Below, piece after piece: positions 23,630-39,200 of a stretch of DNA of 64,000 bases (its first letter is position 1; each line of letters starts with the position of its first letter). The notes under the pieces are model-generated. The model saw only the letters and a list, made by a program, of their open reading frames with translations, did no database searches and was not told the DNA's origin. A program made the position numbers and the translations under genes. The DNA lies in NCBI GenBank assembly GCA_964057225.1, contig OZ059895.1, positions 9,796,001 to 9,860,000 of the forward strand, in the 5' to 3' direction. Source of the DNA: Auanema rhodensis (lineage: Eukaryota; Animalia; Nematoda).

Positions 23630-26600
23630 AGTTGTTGAACCTTCATCTTAACTTTACTGTTTCTATCTATTTCCTATCGAAACAAACATTGTTTAAACAC
23701 TATGCAACTATGAAACCTTTTTTAATTTATTGTATTTGGAGCTCATAAGAATTGATATCATTGAGGGATCCAGATGAAACGTGGAAAGTTACATAACTAA
23801 CATGAAATTGGAAAAAAAAACTATAACGGGGATAAGTATGTTAACGATTGAATTTCAGATATTTTCGCTTACGACCATATCACGTTGAAAGTACGCCATA
23901 CAGCTGATTTTCAATTTTATCTCTTCCGTAACATATGTTTTCAATTTTCAAGCAGTTTTACTTAAATAGCTCAACCAAAGGAGAGCAAATTATCTTCAAT
24001 CTTATTTCTATATTACAGTTATAAACCAGTAGTTGTTGAACCTTCATCTTAACTTTACTGTTTCTATCTATTTCCTATCAAAACAAACATTGTTTAAACA
24101 CTATGCAACTATGAAACCTTTTTTAATTTATTCTATTTGGAGCTCATAAAATTTGATATCATTGAGGGATCCAGATGAAACGTGGAAAATTACATAACTA
24201 ACATGAAATTGGAAAAAAAAGTATAACGAGGATAAGTAGGTAAACCATTGAATATCAGATATTTTCGCTTACGACCATACCACGTTGAAAGTACGCCATA
24301 CAGCTGATTTTCAATTTTATCTCTTCCGTAACAAATGTTTTCAATTTTCAAGCACTTTTACTTAGATAGCTCCACCAAAGGAAAGCAAATTATCTTCAAT
24401 TTTATTTCTATATTACAGTTATAAACCAGTAGATAATGAACCTTCATCTTGAATTTACTTATTCTATCTATTTCCTATCGAAACAAACATTGTTTAAACA
24501 CTATACAACTGTGAAACCTTTTTTAATTTATTGTATTTGGAGCTCATAAAATTTGATATCATCGAGGGATCCAGATGGAACGTGGAAAATTACATAACTA
24601 ACATGAAATTGGAGAAAAAAACTATAACGAGGATAAGTAGGTAAACCATTGAATATCAGATATTTTCGCTTACGACCATACCACGTTGAAAGTACGCCAT
24701 GCAACTGATTTTCAATTTTATCTTTTCCGTAACAAATGTTTTCAATTTTCAAACAGTTTTACTTAGATAGCTCAACCGAGGGAAAGCAAATTATCTTCAA
24801 TTTTATTTCTATATTACAGTTATAAACCAGTAGGTAATGAACCTTCATCTTGAATTTACTTATTCTATCCATTTCCTATCAAAACAAACATTGTTCAAAC
24901 ACTATGCAACTATGAAACCTTTTTTAATTTATTGTATTTGGAGCTCATAAGATTTGATATCATCGAGGGATCCAGATGGAAGGTGGAAAATTACATAACT
25001 AACATGAAATTGGAAAAAAAACCATAACGGGGATAAGTATGTTAACGATTGAATATCAGATATTTTCGCTTACGACCATACCACGTTAAAAGTACGCCAT
25101 ACAGCTGATTTTCAATTTTATCTCTTCCGTAACAAATCTTCTCAATTTTCAAGCAGTTCTACTTAGATAGCTCAACCAAAGGAGAGCAAATTATCTTCAA
25201 TCTTATTTCCATATTACAGTTATAAACCAGTAGTTGTTGAACCTTCATCTTAACTTTACTGTTTCTATCTATTTCCTATCAAAACAAACATTGTTTAAAC
25301 ACTATGCAACTATGAAACCTTTTTTAATTTATTGTATTTGGAGCTCATAAGAATTGATTTTCATTGAGGAATCCAGATGAAACGTGGAAAGTTACATAAC
25401 TAACATGAAATTGGAAAAAAAACTATAACGGGGATAAGTATGTTAACGATTGAATATCAGATATTTTCGCTTACGACCATACCACGTTGAAAGTACGCCA
25501 TACAGCTGATTTTCAATTTTATCTCTTCCGTAACATATGTTTTCAATTTTCAAGCAGTTTTACTTAAATAGCTCAACCAAAGGAAAGCAAATTATCTTCA
25601 ATCTCATTTCTATATTACAGTTATAAACCAGTAGTTGTTGAACCTTCATCTTAACTTTACTGTTTCTATCTATTTCCTATCGGAACAAACATTGTTCAAA
25701 CACTATGCAACTATGAAACCTTTTTTAATTTATTGTATTTGGAGCTCATAAAATTTGATATCATTGAGGGATCCAGATGAAACGTGGAAAATTACATAAC
25801 TAACATGAAATTGGAAAAAAAAGTATAACGAGGATAAGTAGGTAAACCATTGAATATCAGATATTTTCGCTTACGACCATACCACGTTGAAAGTACGCCA
25901 TACAGCTGATTTTCAATTTTATCTCTTCCGTAACATATGTTTTCAATTTTCAAGCAGTTTTACTTAAATAGTTCAACCAAAGGAGAGCAAATTATCTTCA
26001 ATCTCATTTCTATATTACAGTTATAAACCAGTAGTTGTTGAACCTTCATCTTAACTTTACTGTTTCTATCTATTTCCTATCGAAACAAACATTGTTTAAA
26101 CACTATGCAACTATGAAACCTTTTTTAATTTATTGTATTTGGAGCTCATAAGAATTGATATCATTGAGGGATCCAGATGAAACGTGGAAAGTTACATAAC
26201 TAACATGAAATTGGAAAAAAAAACTATAACGGGGATAAGTATGCTAACGATTGAATATCAGATATTTTCGCTTACGACCATATCACGTTGAAAGTACGCC
26301 ATACAGCTGATTTTCAATTTTTTCTCTTCCGTAACATATGTTTTCAAATTTCAAGCAGTTTTACTTAAATAGCTCAACCAAAGGAGAGCAAATTATCTTC
26401 AATCTTATTTCTATATTACAGTTATAAACCAGTAGTTGTTGAACCTTCATCTTAACTTTACTGTTTCTATCTATTTCCTATCAAAACAAACATTGTTTAA
26501 ACACTATGCAACTATGAAACCTTTTTTAATTTATTCTATTTGGAGCTCATAAAATTTGATATCATTGAGGGATCCAGATGAAACGTGGAAAATTACATAA

Positions 26601-27224
26601 CTAACATGAAATTGGAAAAAAAAGTATAACGAGGATAAGTAGGTAAACCATTGAATATCAGATATTTTCGCTTACGATCATACCACGTTCAAAGTACGCC
26701 ATACAGCTGATTTTCAATTTTATCTCTTCCGTAACAAATGTTTTCAATTTTCAAGCACTTTTACTTAGATAGCTCCACCAAAGGAAAGCAAATTATCTTC
26801 AATTTTATTTCTATATTACAGTTATAAACCAGTAGATAATGAACCTTCATCTTGAATTTACTTATTCTATCTATTTCCTATCGAAACAAACATTGTTTAA
26901 ACACTATACAACTGTGAAACCTTTTTTAATTTATTGTATTTGGAGCTCATAAAATTTGATATCATCGAGGGATCCAGATGGAACGTGGAAAATTACATAA
27001 CTAACATGAAATTGGAGAAAAAAACTATAACGAGGATAAGTAGGTAAACCATTGAATATCAGATATTTTCGCTTACGACCATACCACGTTGAAAGTACGC
27101 CATGCAACTGATTTTCAATTTTATCTTTTCCGTAACAAATGTTTTCAATTTTCAAACAGTTTTACTTAGATAGCTCAACCGAGGGAAAGCAAATTATCTT
27201 CAATTTTATTTCTATATTACAGTT
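23630..27224. repeat. Higher-order repeat with a ~2,403-bp (6-monomer) period
   Basis: Chance ORFs at 24528 and 26931 (offset 2403), with the same order of the TTCTATTTGG, GCTCCACC and GGAGAAAAAAA markers. Confidence 0.75.
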
Positions 27225-30200
27225 ATAAACCAGTAGGTAATGAAACCTTCATCTTGAATTTACTGTTTCTATCTATTTCCTATCGAAACAAACATTGTTT
27301 AAACACTATACAACTGTGAAACCTTTTTTAATTTATTGTATTTGGAGCTCATAAAATTTGATATCATCGAGGGATCAAGATGGAAGGTGGAAAATTACAT
27401 AACTAACATGAAATTGGAGAAAAAAACTATAACGAGGATAAGTAGGTAAACCATTGAATATCAGATATTTTCGCTTACGACCATACCACGTTGAAAGTAC
27501 GCCATGCAACTGATTTTCAATTTTATCTTTTCCGTAACAAATGTTTTCAATTTTCAAACAGTTTTACTTAGATAGCTCAACCGAGGGAAAGCAAATTATC
27601 TTCAATTTTATTTCTATATTACAGTTATAAACCAGTAGGTAATGAACCTTCATCTTGAATTTACTTATTCTATCCATTTCCTATCGAAACAAACATTGTT
27701 CAAACACTATGCAACTATGAAACCTTTTTTAATTTATTGTATTTGGAGCTCATAAGATTTGATATCATCGAGGGATCAAGATGGAAGGTGGAAAATTACA
27801 TAACTAACATGAAATTGGAAATAAAACCATAACGGGGATAAGTATGTTAACGATTGAATATCAGATATTTTCGCTTACGACCATACCACGTTAAAAGTAC
27901 GCCATACAGCTGATTTTCAATTTTATCTCTTCCGTAACAAATCTTCTCAATTTTCAAGCAGTTCTACTTAGATAGCTCAACCAAAGGAAAGCAAATTATC
28001 TTCAATTTTATTTCTATATTACAGTTATAAACCAGTAGGTAATGAAACCTTCATCTTGAATTTACTGTTTCTATCTATTTCCTATCAAAACAAACATTGT
28101 TTAAACACTATGCAACTGTGAAACCTTTTTTAATTTATTGTATTTGGAGCTCATAAAATTTGATATCATCGAGGGATCCAGATGGAACGTGGAAAATTAC
28201 ATAACTAACATGAAATTGGAAAAAAAAGTATAACAAGGATAAGTATGTTAACGATTGAATATCAGATATTTTCGCTTACGACCATACCACGTTGAAAGTA
28301 CGGCATACAGCTGATTTTCAATTTTATCTTTTCCGTAACAAATGTTTTCAATTTTCAAGCACTTTTACTTAGATAGCTCAACCAAAGGAAAGCAAACTAT
28401 CTTCAATTTTATTTCTATATTACAGTTATAAACCAGTAGGTAATGAAACCTTCATCTTGAATTTACTGTTTCTATCTATTTCCTATCGAAACAAACATTG
28501 TTCAAACACTATGCAACTATGAAACCTTTTTTAATTTATTGTATTTGGAGCTCATAAAATTTGATATCATCGAGGGATCCAGATGGAACGTGGAAAATTA
28601 CATAACTAACATGAAATTGGAAAAAAAAGTATAACAAGGATAAGTATGTTAACGATTGAATATCAGATATTTTCGCTTACGACCATACCACGTTGAAAGT
28701 ACGACATACAGCTGATTTTCAATTTTATCTCTTCCGTAACATATGTTTTCAATTTTCAAGCAGTTTTACTTAAATAGCTCAAACAAATGAGAGCAAATTA
28801 TCTTCAATCTTATTTCTATATTACAGTTATAAACCAGTAGTTGTTGAACCTTCATCTTAACTTTACTGTTTCTATCTATTTCCTATCAAAACAAACATTG
28901 TTTAAACACTATGCAACTGTGAAACCTTTTTTAATTTATTGTATTTGGAGCTCATAATATTTGATATCATCGAGGAATCCAGATGGAAGGTGGAAAATTA
29001 CATAACTAACATGAAATTGGAAAAAAAAGTATAACAAGGAGAAGTATGTTAACGATTGAACATCAGATATTTTCGCTTACGACCATACCACGTTAAAAGT
29101 ACGCCATACAGCTGATTTTCAATTTTATCTTTTCCGTAACAAATGTTTTCAATTTTCAAACAGTTTTACTTAGATAGCTCAACCGAGGGAAAGCAAATTA
29201 TCTTCAATTTTATTTCTATATTACAGTTATAAACCAGTAGGTAATGAAACCTTCATCTTGAATTTACTGTTTCTATCTATTTCCTATCGAAACAAACATT
29301 GTTTAAACACTATACAACTGTGAAACCTTTTTTAATTTATTGTATTTGGAGCTCATAAAATTTGATATCATCGAGGGATCAAGATGGAAGGTGGAAAATT
29401 ACATAACTAACATGAAATTGGAGAAAAAAACTATAACGAGGATAAGTAGGTAAACCATTGAATATCAGATATTTTTGCTTACGACCATACCACGTTGAAA
29501 GTACGCCATACAGCTGATTTTCAATTTTATCTTTTCCGTAACAAATGTTTTCAATTTTCAAACAGTTTTACTTAGATAGCTCAACCGAGGGAAAGCAAAT
29601 TATCTTCAATTTTATTTCTATATTACAGTTATAAACCAGTAGGTAATGAACCTTCATCTTGAATTTACTTATTCTATCCATTTCCTATCAAAACAAACAT
29701 TGTTCAAACACTATGCAACTATGAAACCTTTTTTAATTTATTGTATTTGGAGCTCATAAGATTTGATATCATCGAGGGATCAAGATGGAAGGTGGAAAAT
29801 TACATAACTAACATGAAATTGGAAATAAAACCATAACGGGGATAAGTATGTTAACGATTGAATATCAGATATTTTCGCTTACGACCATACCACGTTAAAA
29901 GTACGCCATACAGCTGATTTTCAATTTTATCTCTTCCGTAACAAATCTTCTCAATTTTCAAGCAGTTCTACTTAGATAGCTCAACCAAAGGAAAGCAAAT
30001 TATCTTCAATTTTATTTCTATATTACAGTTATAAACCAGTAGGTAATGAAACCTTCATCTTGAATTTACTGTTTCTATCTATTTCCTATCAAAACAAACA
30101 TTGTTTAAACACTATGCAACTGTGAAACCTTTTTTAATTTATTGTATTTGGAGCTCATAAAATTTGATATCATCGAGGGATCCAGATGGAAGGTGGAAAA

Positions 30201-33200
30201 TTACATAACTAACATGAAATTGGAAAAAAAACCATAACGGGGATAAGTATGTTAACGATTGAATATCAGATATTTTCGCTTACGACCATACCACGTTAAA
30301 AGTACGCCATACAGCTGATTTTCAATTTTATCTCTTCCGTAACAAATCTTCTCAATTTTCAAGCAGTTCTACTTAGATAGCTCAACCAAAGGAGAGCAAA
30401 TTATCTTCAATCTTATTTCCATATTACAGTTATAAACCAGTAGTTGTTGAACCTTCATCTTAACTTTACTGTTTCTATCTATTTCCTATCAAAACAAACA
30501 TTGTTCAAACACTATGCAACTATGAAACCTTTTTTAATTTATTGTATTTGGAGCTCATAAAATTTGATATCATTGAGGGATCCAGATGAAACGTGGAAAA
30601 TTACATAACTAACATGAAATTGGAAAAAAAAGTATAACGAGGATAAGTAGGTAAACCATTGAATATCAGATATTTTCGCTTACGACCATACCACGTTGAA
30701 AGTACGCCATACAGCTGATTTTCAATTTTATCTCTTCCGTAACATATGTTTTCAATTTTCAAGCAGTTTTACTTAAATAGTTCAACCAAAGGAGAGCAAA
30801 TTATCTTCAATCTCATTTCTATATTACAGTTATAAACCAGTAGTTGTTGAACCTTCATCTTAACTTTACTGTTTCTATCTATTTCCTATCGAAACAAACA
30901 TTGTTTAAACACTATGCAACTATGAAACCTTTTTTAATTTATTGTATTTGGAGCTCATAAGAATTGATATCATTGAGGGATCCAGATGAAACGTGGAAAG
31001 TTACATAACTAACATGAAATTGGAAAAAAAAACTATAACGGGGATAAGTATGTTAACGATTGAATATCAGAAATTTTCGCTTACGACCATATCACGTTGA
31101 AAGTACGCCATACAGCTGATTTTCAATTTTATCTCTTCCGTAACATATGTTTTCAAATTTCAAGCAGTTTTACTTAAATAGCTCAACCAAAGGAGAGCAA
31201 ATTATCTTCAATCTTATTTCTATATTACAGTTATAAACCAGTAGTTGTTGAACCTTCATCTTAACTTTACTGTTTCTATCTATTTCCTATCAAAACAAAC
31301 ATTGTTTAAACACTATGCAACTATGAAACCTTTTTTAATTTATTCTATTTGGAGCTCATAAAATTTGATATCATTGAGGGATCCAGACGAAACGTGGAAA
31401 ATTACATAACTAACATGAAATTGGAAAAAAAAGTATAACGAGGATAAGTAGGTAAACCATTGAATATCAGATATTTTCGCTTACGACCATACCACGTTGA
31501 AAGTACGCCATACAGCTGATTTTCAATTTTATCTCTTCCGTAACAAATGTTTTCAATTTTCAAGCACTTTTACTTAGATAGCTCCACCAAAGGAAAGCAA
31601 ATTATCTTCAATTTTATTTCTATATTACAGTTATAAACCAGTAGATAATGAACCTTCATCTTGAATTTACTTATTCTATCTATTTCCTATCGAAACAAAC
31701 ATTGTTTAAACACTATACAACTGTGAAACCTTTTTTAATTTATTGTATTTGGAGCTCATAAAATTTGATATCATCGAGGGATCCAGACGAAACGTGGAAA
31801 ATTACATAACTAACATGAAATTGGAAAAAAAAGTATAACGAGGATAAGTAGGTAAACCATTGAATATCAGATATTTTCGCTTACGACCATACCACGTTGA
31901 AAGTACGCCATACAGCTGATTTTCAATTTTATCTCTTCCGTAACAAATGTTTTCAATTTTCAAACAGTTTTACTTAGATAGCTCAACCGAGGGAAAGCAA
32001 ATTATCTTCAATTTTATTTCTATATTACAGTTATAAACCAGTAGGTAATGAAACCTTCATCTTGAATTTACTGTTTCTATCTATTTCCTATCGAAACAAA
32101 CATTGTTTAAACACTATACAACTGTGAAACCTTTTTTAATTTATTGTATTTGGAGCTCATAAAATTTGATATCATCGAGGGATCAAGATGGAAGGTGGAA
32201 AATTACATAACTAACATGAAATTGGAGAAAAAAACTATAACGAGGATAAGTAGGTAAACCATTGAATATCAGATATTTTCGCTTACGACCATACCACGTT
32301 GAAAGTACGCCATGCAACTGATTTTCAATTTTATCTTTTCCGTAACAAATGTTTTCAATTTTCAAACAGTTTTACTTAGATAGCTCAACCGAGGGAAAGC
32401 AAATTATCTTCAATTTTATTTCTATATTACAGTTATAAACCAGTAGGTAATGAACCTTCATCTTGAATTTACTTATTCTATCCATTTCCTATCGAAACAA
32501 ACATTGTTCAAACACTATGCAACTATGAAACCTTTTTTAATTTATTGTATTTGGAGCTCATAAGATTTGATATCATCGAGGGATCAAGATGGAAGGTGGA
32601 AAATTACATAACTAACATGAAATTGGAAATAAAACCATAACGGGGATAAGTATGTTAACGATTGAATATCAGATATTTTTGCTTACGACCATACCACGTT
32701 AAAAGTACGCCATACAGCTGATTTTCAATTTTATCTCTTCCGTAACAAATCTTCTCAATTTTCAAGCAGTTCTACTTAGATAGCTCAACCAAAGGAAAGC
32801 AAATTATCTTCAATTTTATTTCTATATTACAGTTATAAACCAGTAGGTAATGAAACCTTCATCTTGAATTTACTGTTTCTATCTATTTCCTATCAAAACA
32901 AACATTGTTTAAACACTATGCAACTGTGAAACCTTTTTTAATTTATTGTATTTGGAGCTCATAAAATTTGATATCATCGAGGGATCCAGATGGAACGTGG
33001 AAAATTACATAACTAACATGAAATTGGAAAAAAAAGTATAACAAGGATAAGTATGTTAACGATTGAATATCAGATATTTTCGCTTACGACCATACCACGT
33101 TGAAAGTACGCCATACAGCTGATTTTCAATTTTATCTTTTCCGTAACAAATGTTTTCAATTTTCAAGCACTTTTACTTAGATAGCTCAACCAAAGGAAAG

Positions 33201-36200
33201 CAAATTATCTTCAATTTTATTTCTATATTACAGTTATAAACCAGTAGGTAATGAAACCTTCATCTTGAATTTACTGCTTCTATCTATTTCCTATCGAAAC
33301 AAACATTGTTCAAACACTATGCAACTATGAAACCTTTTTTAATTTATTGTATTTGGAGCTCATAAAATTTGATATCATCGAGGGATCCAGATGGAACGTG
33401 GAAAATTACATAACTAACATGAAATTGGAAAAAAAAGTATAACAAGGATAAGTATGTTAACGATTGAATATCAGATATTTTCGCTTACGACCATACCACG
33501 TTAAAAGTACGCCATACAGCTGATTTTCAATTTTATCTTTTCCGTAACAAATGTTTTCAATTTTCAAACAGTTTTACTTAGATAGCTCAACCGAGGGAAA
33601 GCAAATTATCTTCAATTTTATTTCTATATTACAGTTATAAACCAGTAGGTAATGAAACCTTCATCTTGAATTTACTGTTTCTATCTATTTCCTATCGAAA
33701 CAAACATTGTTTAAACACTATACAACTGTGAAACCTTTTTTAATTTATTGTATTTGGAGCTCATAAAATTTGATATCATCGAGGGATCAAGATGGAAGGT
33801 GGAAAATTACATAACTAACATGAAATTGGAGAAAAAAACTATAACGAGGATAAGTAGGTAAACCATTGAATATCAGATATTTTCGCTTACGACCATACCA
33901 CGTTGAAAGTACGCCATACAGCTGATTTTCAATTTTATCTTTTCCGTAACAAATGTTTTCAATTTTCAAACAGTTTTACTTAGATAGCTCAACCGAGGGA
34001 AAGCAAATTATCTTCAATTTTATTTCTATATTACAGTTATAAACCAGTAGGTAATGAAACCTTCATCTTGAATTTACTGTTTCTATCTATTTCCTATCGA
34101 AACAAACATTGTTTAAACACTATACAACTGTGAAACCTTTTTTAATTTATTGTATTTGGAGCTCATAAAATTTGATATCATCGAGGGATCAAGATGGAAG
34201 GTGGAAAATTACATAACTAACATGAAATTGGAGAAAAAAACTATAACGAGGATAAGTAGGTAAACCATTGAATATCAGATATTTTCGCTTACGACCATAC
34301 CACGTTGAAAGTACGCCATACAGCTGATTTTCAATTTTATCTTTTCCGTAACAAATGTTTTCAATTTTCAAACAGTTTTACTTAGATAGCTCAACCGAGG
34401 GAAAGCAAATTATCTTCAATTTTATTTCTATATTACAGTTATAAACCAGTAGGTAATGAACCTTCATCTTGAATTTACTTATTCTATCCATCTCCTATCA
34501 AAACAAACATTGTTCAAACACTATGCAACTATGAAACCTTTTTTAATTTATTGTATTTGGAGCTCATAAGATTTGATATCATCGAGGGATCAAGATGGAA
34601 GGTGGAAAATTACATAACTAACATGAAATTGGAAATAAAACCATAACGGGGATAAGTATGTTAACGATTGAATATCAGATATTTTCGCTTACGACCATAC
34701 CACGTTAAAAGTACGCCATACAGCTGATTTTCAATTTTATCTCTTCCGTAACAAATCTTCTCAATTTTCAAGCAGTTCTACTTAGATAGCTCAACCAAAG
34801 GAAAGCAAATTATCTTCAATTTTATTTCTATATTACAGTTATAAACCAGTAGGTAATGAAACCTTCATCTTGAATTTACTGTTTCTATCTATTTCCTATC
34901 AAAACAAACATTGTTTAAACACTATGCAACTGTGAAACCTTTTTTAATTTATTGTATTTGGAGCTCATAAAATTTGATATCATCGAGGGATCCAGATGGA
35001 ACGTGGAAAATTACATAACTAACATGAAATTGGAAAAAAAAGTATAACAAGGATAAGTATGTTAACGATTGAATATCAGATATTTTCGCTTACGACCATA
35101 CCACGTTGAAAGTACGCCATACAGCTGATTTTCAATTTTATCTCTTCCGTAACATATGTTTTCAATTTTCAAGCAGTTTTACTTAAATAGTTCAACCAAA
35201 GGAGAGCAAATTATCTTCAATCTCATTTCTATATTACAGTTATAAACCAGTAGTTGTTGAACCTTCATCTTAACTTTACTGTTTCTATCTATTTCCTATC
35301 GAAACAAACATTGTTTAAACACTATACAACTGTGAAACCTTTTTTAATTTATTGTATTTGGAGCTCATAAAATTTGATATCATCGAGGGATCCAGATGGA
35401 ACGTGGAAAATTACATAACTAACATGAAATTGGAGAAAAAAACTATAACGAGGATAAGTAGGTAAACCATTGAATATCAGATATTTTCGCTTACGACCAT
35501 ATCACGTTGAAAGTACGCCATACAGCTGATTTTCAATTTTATCTCTTCCGTAACATATGTTTTCAAATTTCAAGCAGTTTTACTTAAATAGCTCAACCAA
35601 AGGAGAGCAAATTATCTTCAATCTTATTTCTATATTACAGTTATAAACCAGTAGTTGTTGAACCTTCATCTTAACTTTACTGTTTCTATCTATTTCCTAT
35701 CAAAACAAACATTGTTTAAACACTATGCAACTATGAAACCTTTTTTAATTTATTCTATTTGGAGCTCATAAAATTTGATATCATCGAGGGATCCAGATGG
35801 AACGTGGAAAATTACATAACTAACATGAAATTGGAGAAAAAAACTATAACGAGGATAAGTAGGTAAACCATTGAATATCAGATATTTTCGCTTACGACCA
35901 TACCACGTTGAAAGTACGCCATGCAACTGATTTTCAATTTTATCTTTTCCGTAACAAATGTTTTCAATTTTCAAGCACTTTTACTTAGATAGCTCCACCA
36001 AAGGAAAGCAAATTATCTTCAATTTTATTTCTATATTACAGTTATAAACCAGTAGATAATGAACCTTCATCTTGAATTTACTTATTCTATCTATTTCCTA
36101 TCGAAACAAACATTGTTTAAACACTATACAACTGTGAAACCTTTTTTAATTTATTGTATTTGGAGCTCATAAAATTTGATATCATCGAGGGATCAAGATG

Positions 36201-39200
36201 GAAGGTGGAAAATTACATAACTAACATGAAATTGGAGAAAAAAACTATAACGAGGATAAGTAGGTAAACCATTGAATATCAGATATTTTCGCTTACGACC
36301 ATACCACGTTGAAAGTACGCCATGCAACTGATTTTCAATTTTATCTTTTCCGTAACAAATGTTTTCAATTTTCAAACAGTTTTACTTAGATAGCTCAACC
36401 GAGGGAAAGCAAATTATCTTCAATTTTATTTCTATATTACAGTTATAAACCAGTAGGTAATGAACCTTCATCTTGAATTTACTTATTCTATCCATTTCCT
36501 ATCGAAACAAACATTGTTCAAACACTATGCAACTATGAAACCTTTTTTAATTTATTGTATTTGGAGCTCATAAGATTTGATATCATCGAGGGATCAAGAT
36601 GGAAGGTGGAAAATTACATAACTAACATGAAATTGGAAATAAAACCATAACGGGGATAAGTATGTTAACGATTGAATATCAGATATTTTCGCTTACGACC
36701 ATACCACGTTAAAAGTACGCCATACAGCTGATTTTCAATTTTATCTCTTCCGTAACAAATCTTCTCAATTTTCAAGCAGTTCTACTTAGATAGCTCAACC
36801 AAAGGAAAGCAAATTATCTTCAATTTTATTTCTATATTACAGTTATAAACCAGTAGGTAATGAAACCTTCATCTTGAATTTACTGTTTCTATCTATTTCC
36901 TATCAAAACAAACATTGTTTAAACACTATGCAACTGTGAAACCTTTTTTAATTTATTGTATTTGGAGCTCATAAAATTTGATATCATCGAGGGATCCAGA
37001 TGGAACGTGGAAAATTACATAACTAACATGAAATTGGAAAAAAAAGTATAACAAGGATAAGTATGTTAACGATTGAATATCAGATATTTTCGCTTACGAC
37101 CATACCACGTTGAAAGTACGCCATACAGCTGATTTTCAATTTTATCTTTTCCGTAACAAATGTTTTCAATTTTCAAGCACTTTTACTTAGATAGCTCAAC
37201 CAAAGGAAAGCAAATTATCTTCAATTTTATTTCTATATTACAGTTATAAACCAGTAGGTAATGAAACCTTCATCTTGAATTTACTGTTTCTATCTATTTC
37301 CTATCGAAACAAACATTGTTCAAACACTATGCAACTATGAAACCTTTTTTAATTTATTGTATTTGGAGCTCATAAAATTTGATATCATCGAGGGATCCAG
37401 ATGGAACGTGGAAAATTACATAACTAACATGAAATTGGAAAAAAAAGTATAACAAGGATAAGTATGTTAACGATTGAATATCAGATATTTTCGCTTACGA
37501 CCATACCACGTTGAAAGTACGACATACAGCTGATTTTCAATTTTATCTCTTCCGTAACATATGTTTTCAATTTTCAAGCAGTTTTACTTAAATAGCTCAA
37601 ACAAATGAGAGCAAATTATCTTCAATCTTATTTCTATATTACAGTTATAAACCAGTAGTTGTTGAACCTTCATCTTAACTTTACTGTTTCTATCTATTTC
37701 CTATCAAAACAAACATTGTTTAAACACTATGCAACTGTGAAACCTTTTTTAATTTATTGTATTTGGAGCTCATAATATTTGATATCATCGAGGAATCCAG
37801 ATGGAAGGTGGAAAATTACATAACTAACATGAAATTGGAAAAAAAAGTATAACAAGGAGAAGTATGTTAACGATTGAACATCAGATATTTTCGCTTACGA
37901 CCATACCACGTTAAAAGTACGCCATACAGCTGATTTTCAATTTTGTCTTTTCCGTAACAAATGTTTTCAATTTTCAAACAGTTTTACTTAGATAGCTCAA
38001 CCGAGGGAAAGCAAATTATCTTCAATTTTATTTCTATATTACAGTTATAAACCAGTAGGTAATGAAACCTTCATCTTGAATTTACTGTTTCTATCTATTT
38101 CCTATCGAAACAAACATTGTTTAAACACTATACAACTGTGAAACCTTTTTTAATTTATTGTATTTGGAGCTCATAAAATTTGATATCATCGAGGGATCAA
38201 GATGGAAGGTGGAAAATTACATAACTAACATGAAATTGGAGAAAAAAACTATAACGAGGATAAGTAGGTAAACCATTGAATATCAGATATTTTCGCTTAC
38301 GACCATACCACGTTGAAAGTACGCCATACAGCTGATTTTCAATTTTATCTTTTCCGTAACAAATGTTTTCAATTTTCAAACAGTTTTACTTAGATAGCTC
38401 AACCGAGGGAAAGCAAATTATCTTCAATTTTATTTCTATATTACAGTTATAAACCAGTAGGTAATGAACCTTCATCTTGAATTTACTTATTCTATCCATT
38501 TCCTATCAAAACAAACATTGTTCAAACACTATGCAACTATGAAACCTTTTTTAATTTATTGTATTTGGAGCTCATAAGATTTGATATCATCGAGGGATCA
38601 AGATGGAAGGTGGAAAATTACATAACTAACATGAAATTGGAAATAAAACCATAACGGGGATAAGTATGTTAACGATTGAATATCAGATATTTTCGCTTAC
38701 GACCATACCACGTTAAAAGTACGCCATACAGCTGATTTTCAATTTTATCTCTTCCGTAACAAATCTTCTCAATTTTCAAGCAGTTCTACTTAGATAGCTC
38801 AACCAAAGGAAAGCAAATTATTTTCAATTTTATTTCTATATTACAGTTATAAACCAGTAGGTAATGAAACCTTCATCTTGAATTTACTGTTTCTATCTAT
38901 TTCCTATCAAAACAAACATTGTTTAAACACTATGCAACTGTGAAACCTTTTTTAATTTATTGTATTTGGAGCTCATAAAATTTGATATCATCGAGGGATC
39001 CAGATGGAACGTGGAAAATTACATAACTAACATGAAATTGGAAAAAAAAGTATAACAAGGATAAGTATGTTAACGATTGAATATCAGATATTTTCGCTTA
39101 CGACCATACCACGTTGAAAGTACGCCATACAGCTGATTTTCAATTTTATCTTTTCCGTAACAAATGTTTTCAATTTTCAAGCACTTTTACTTAGATAGCT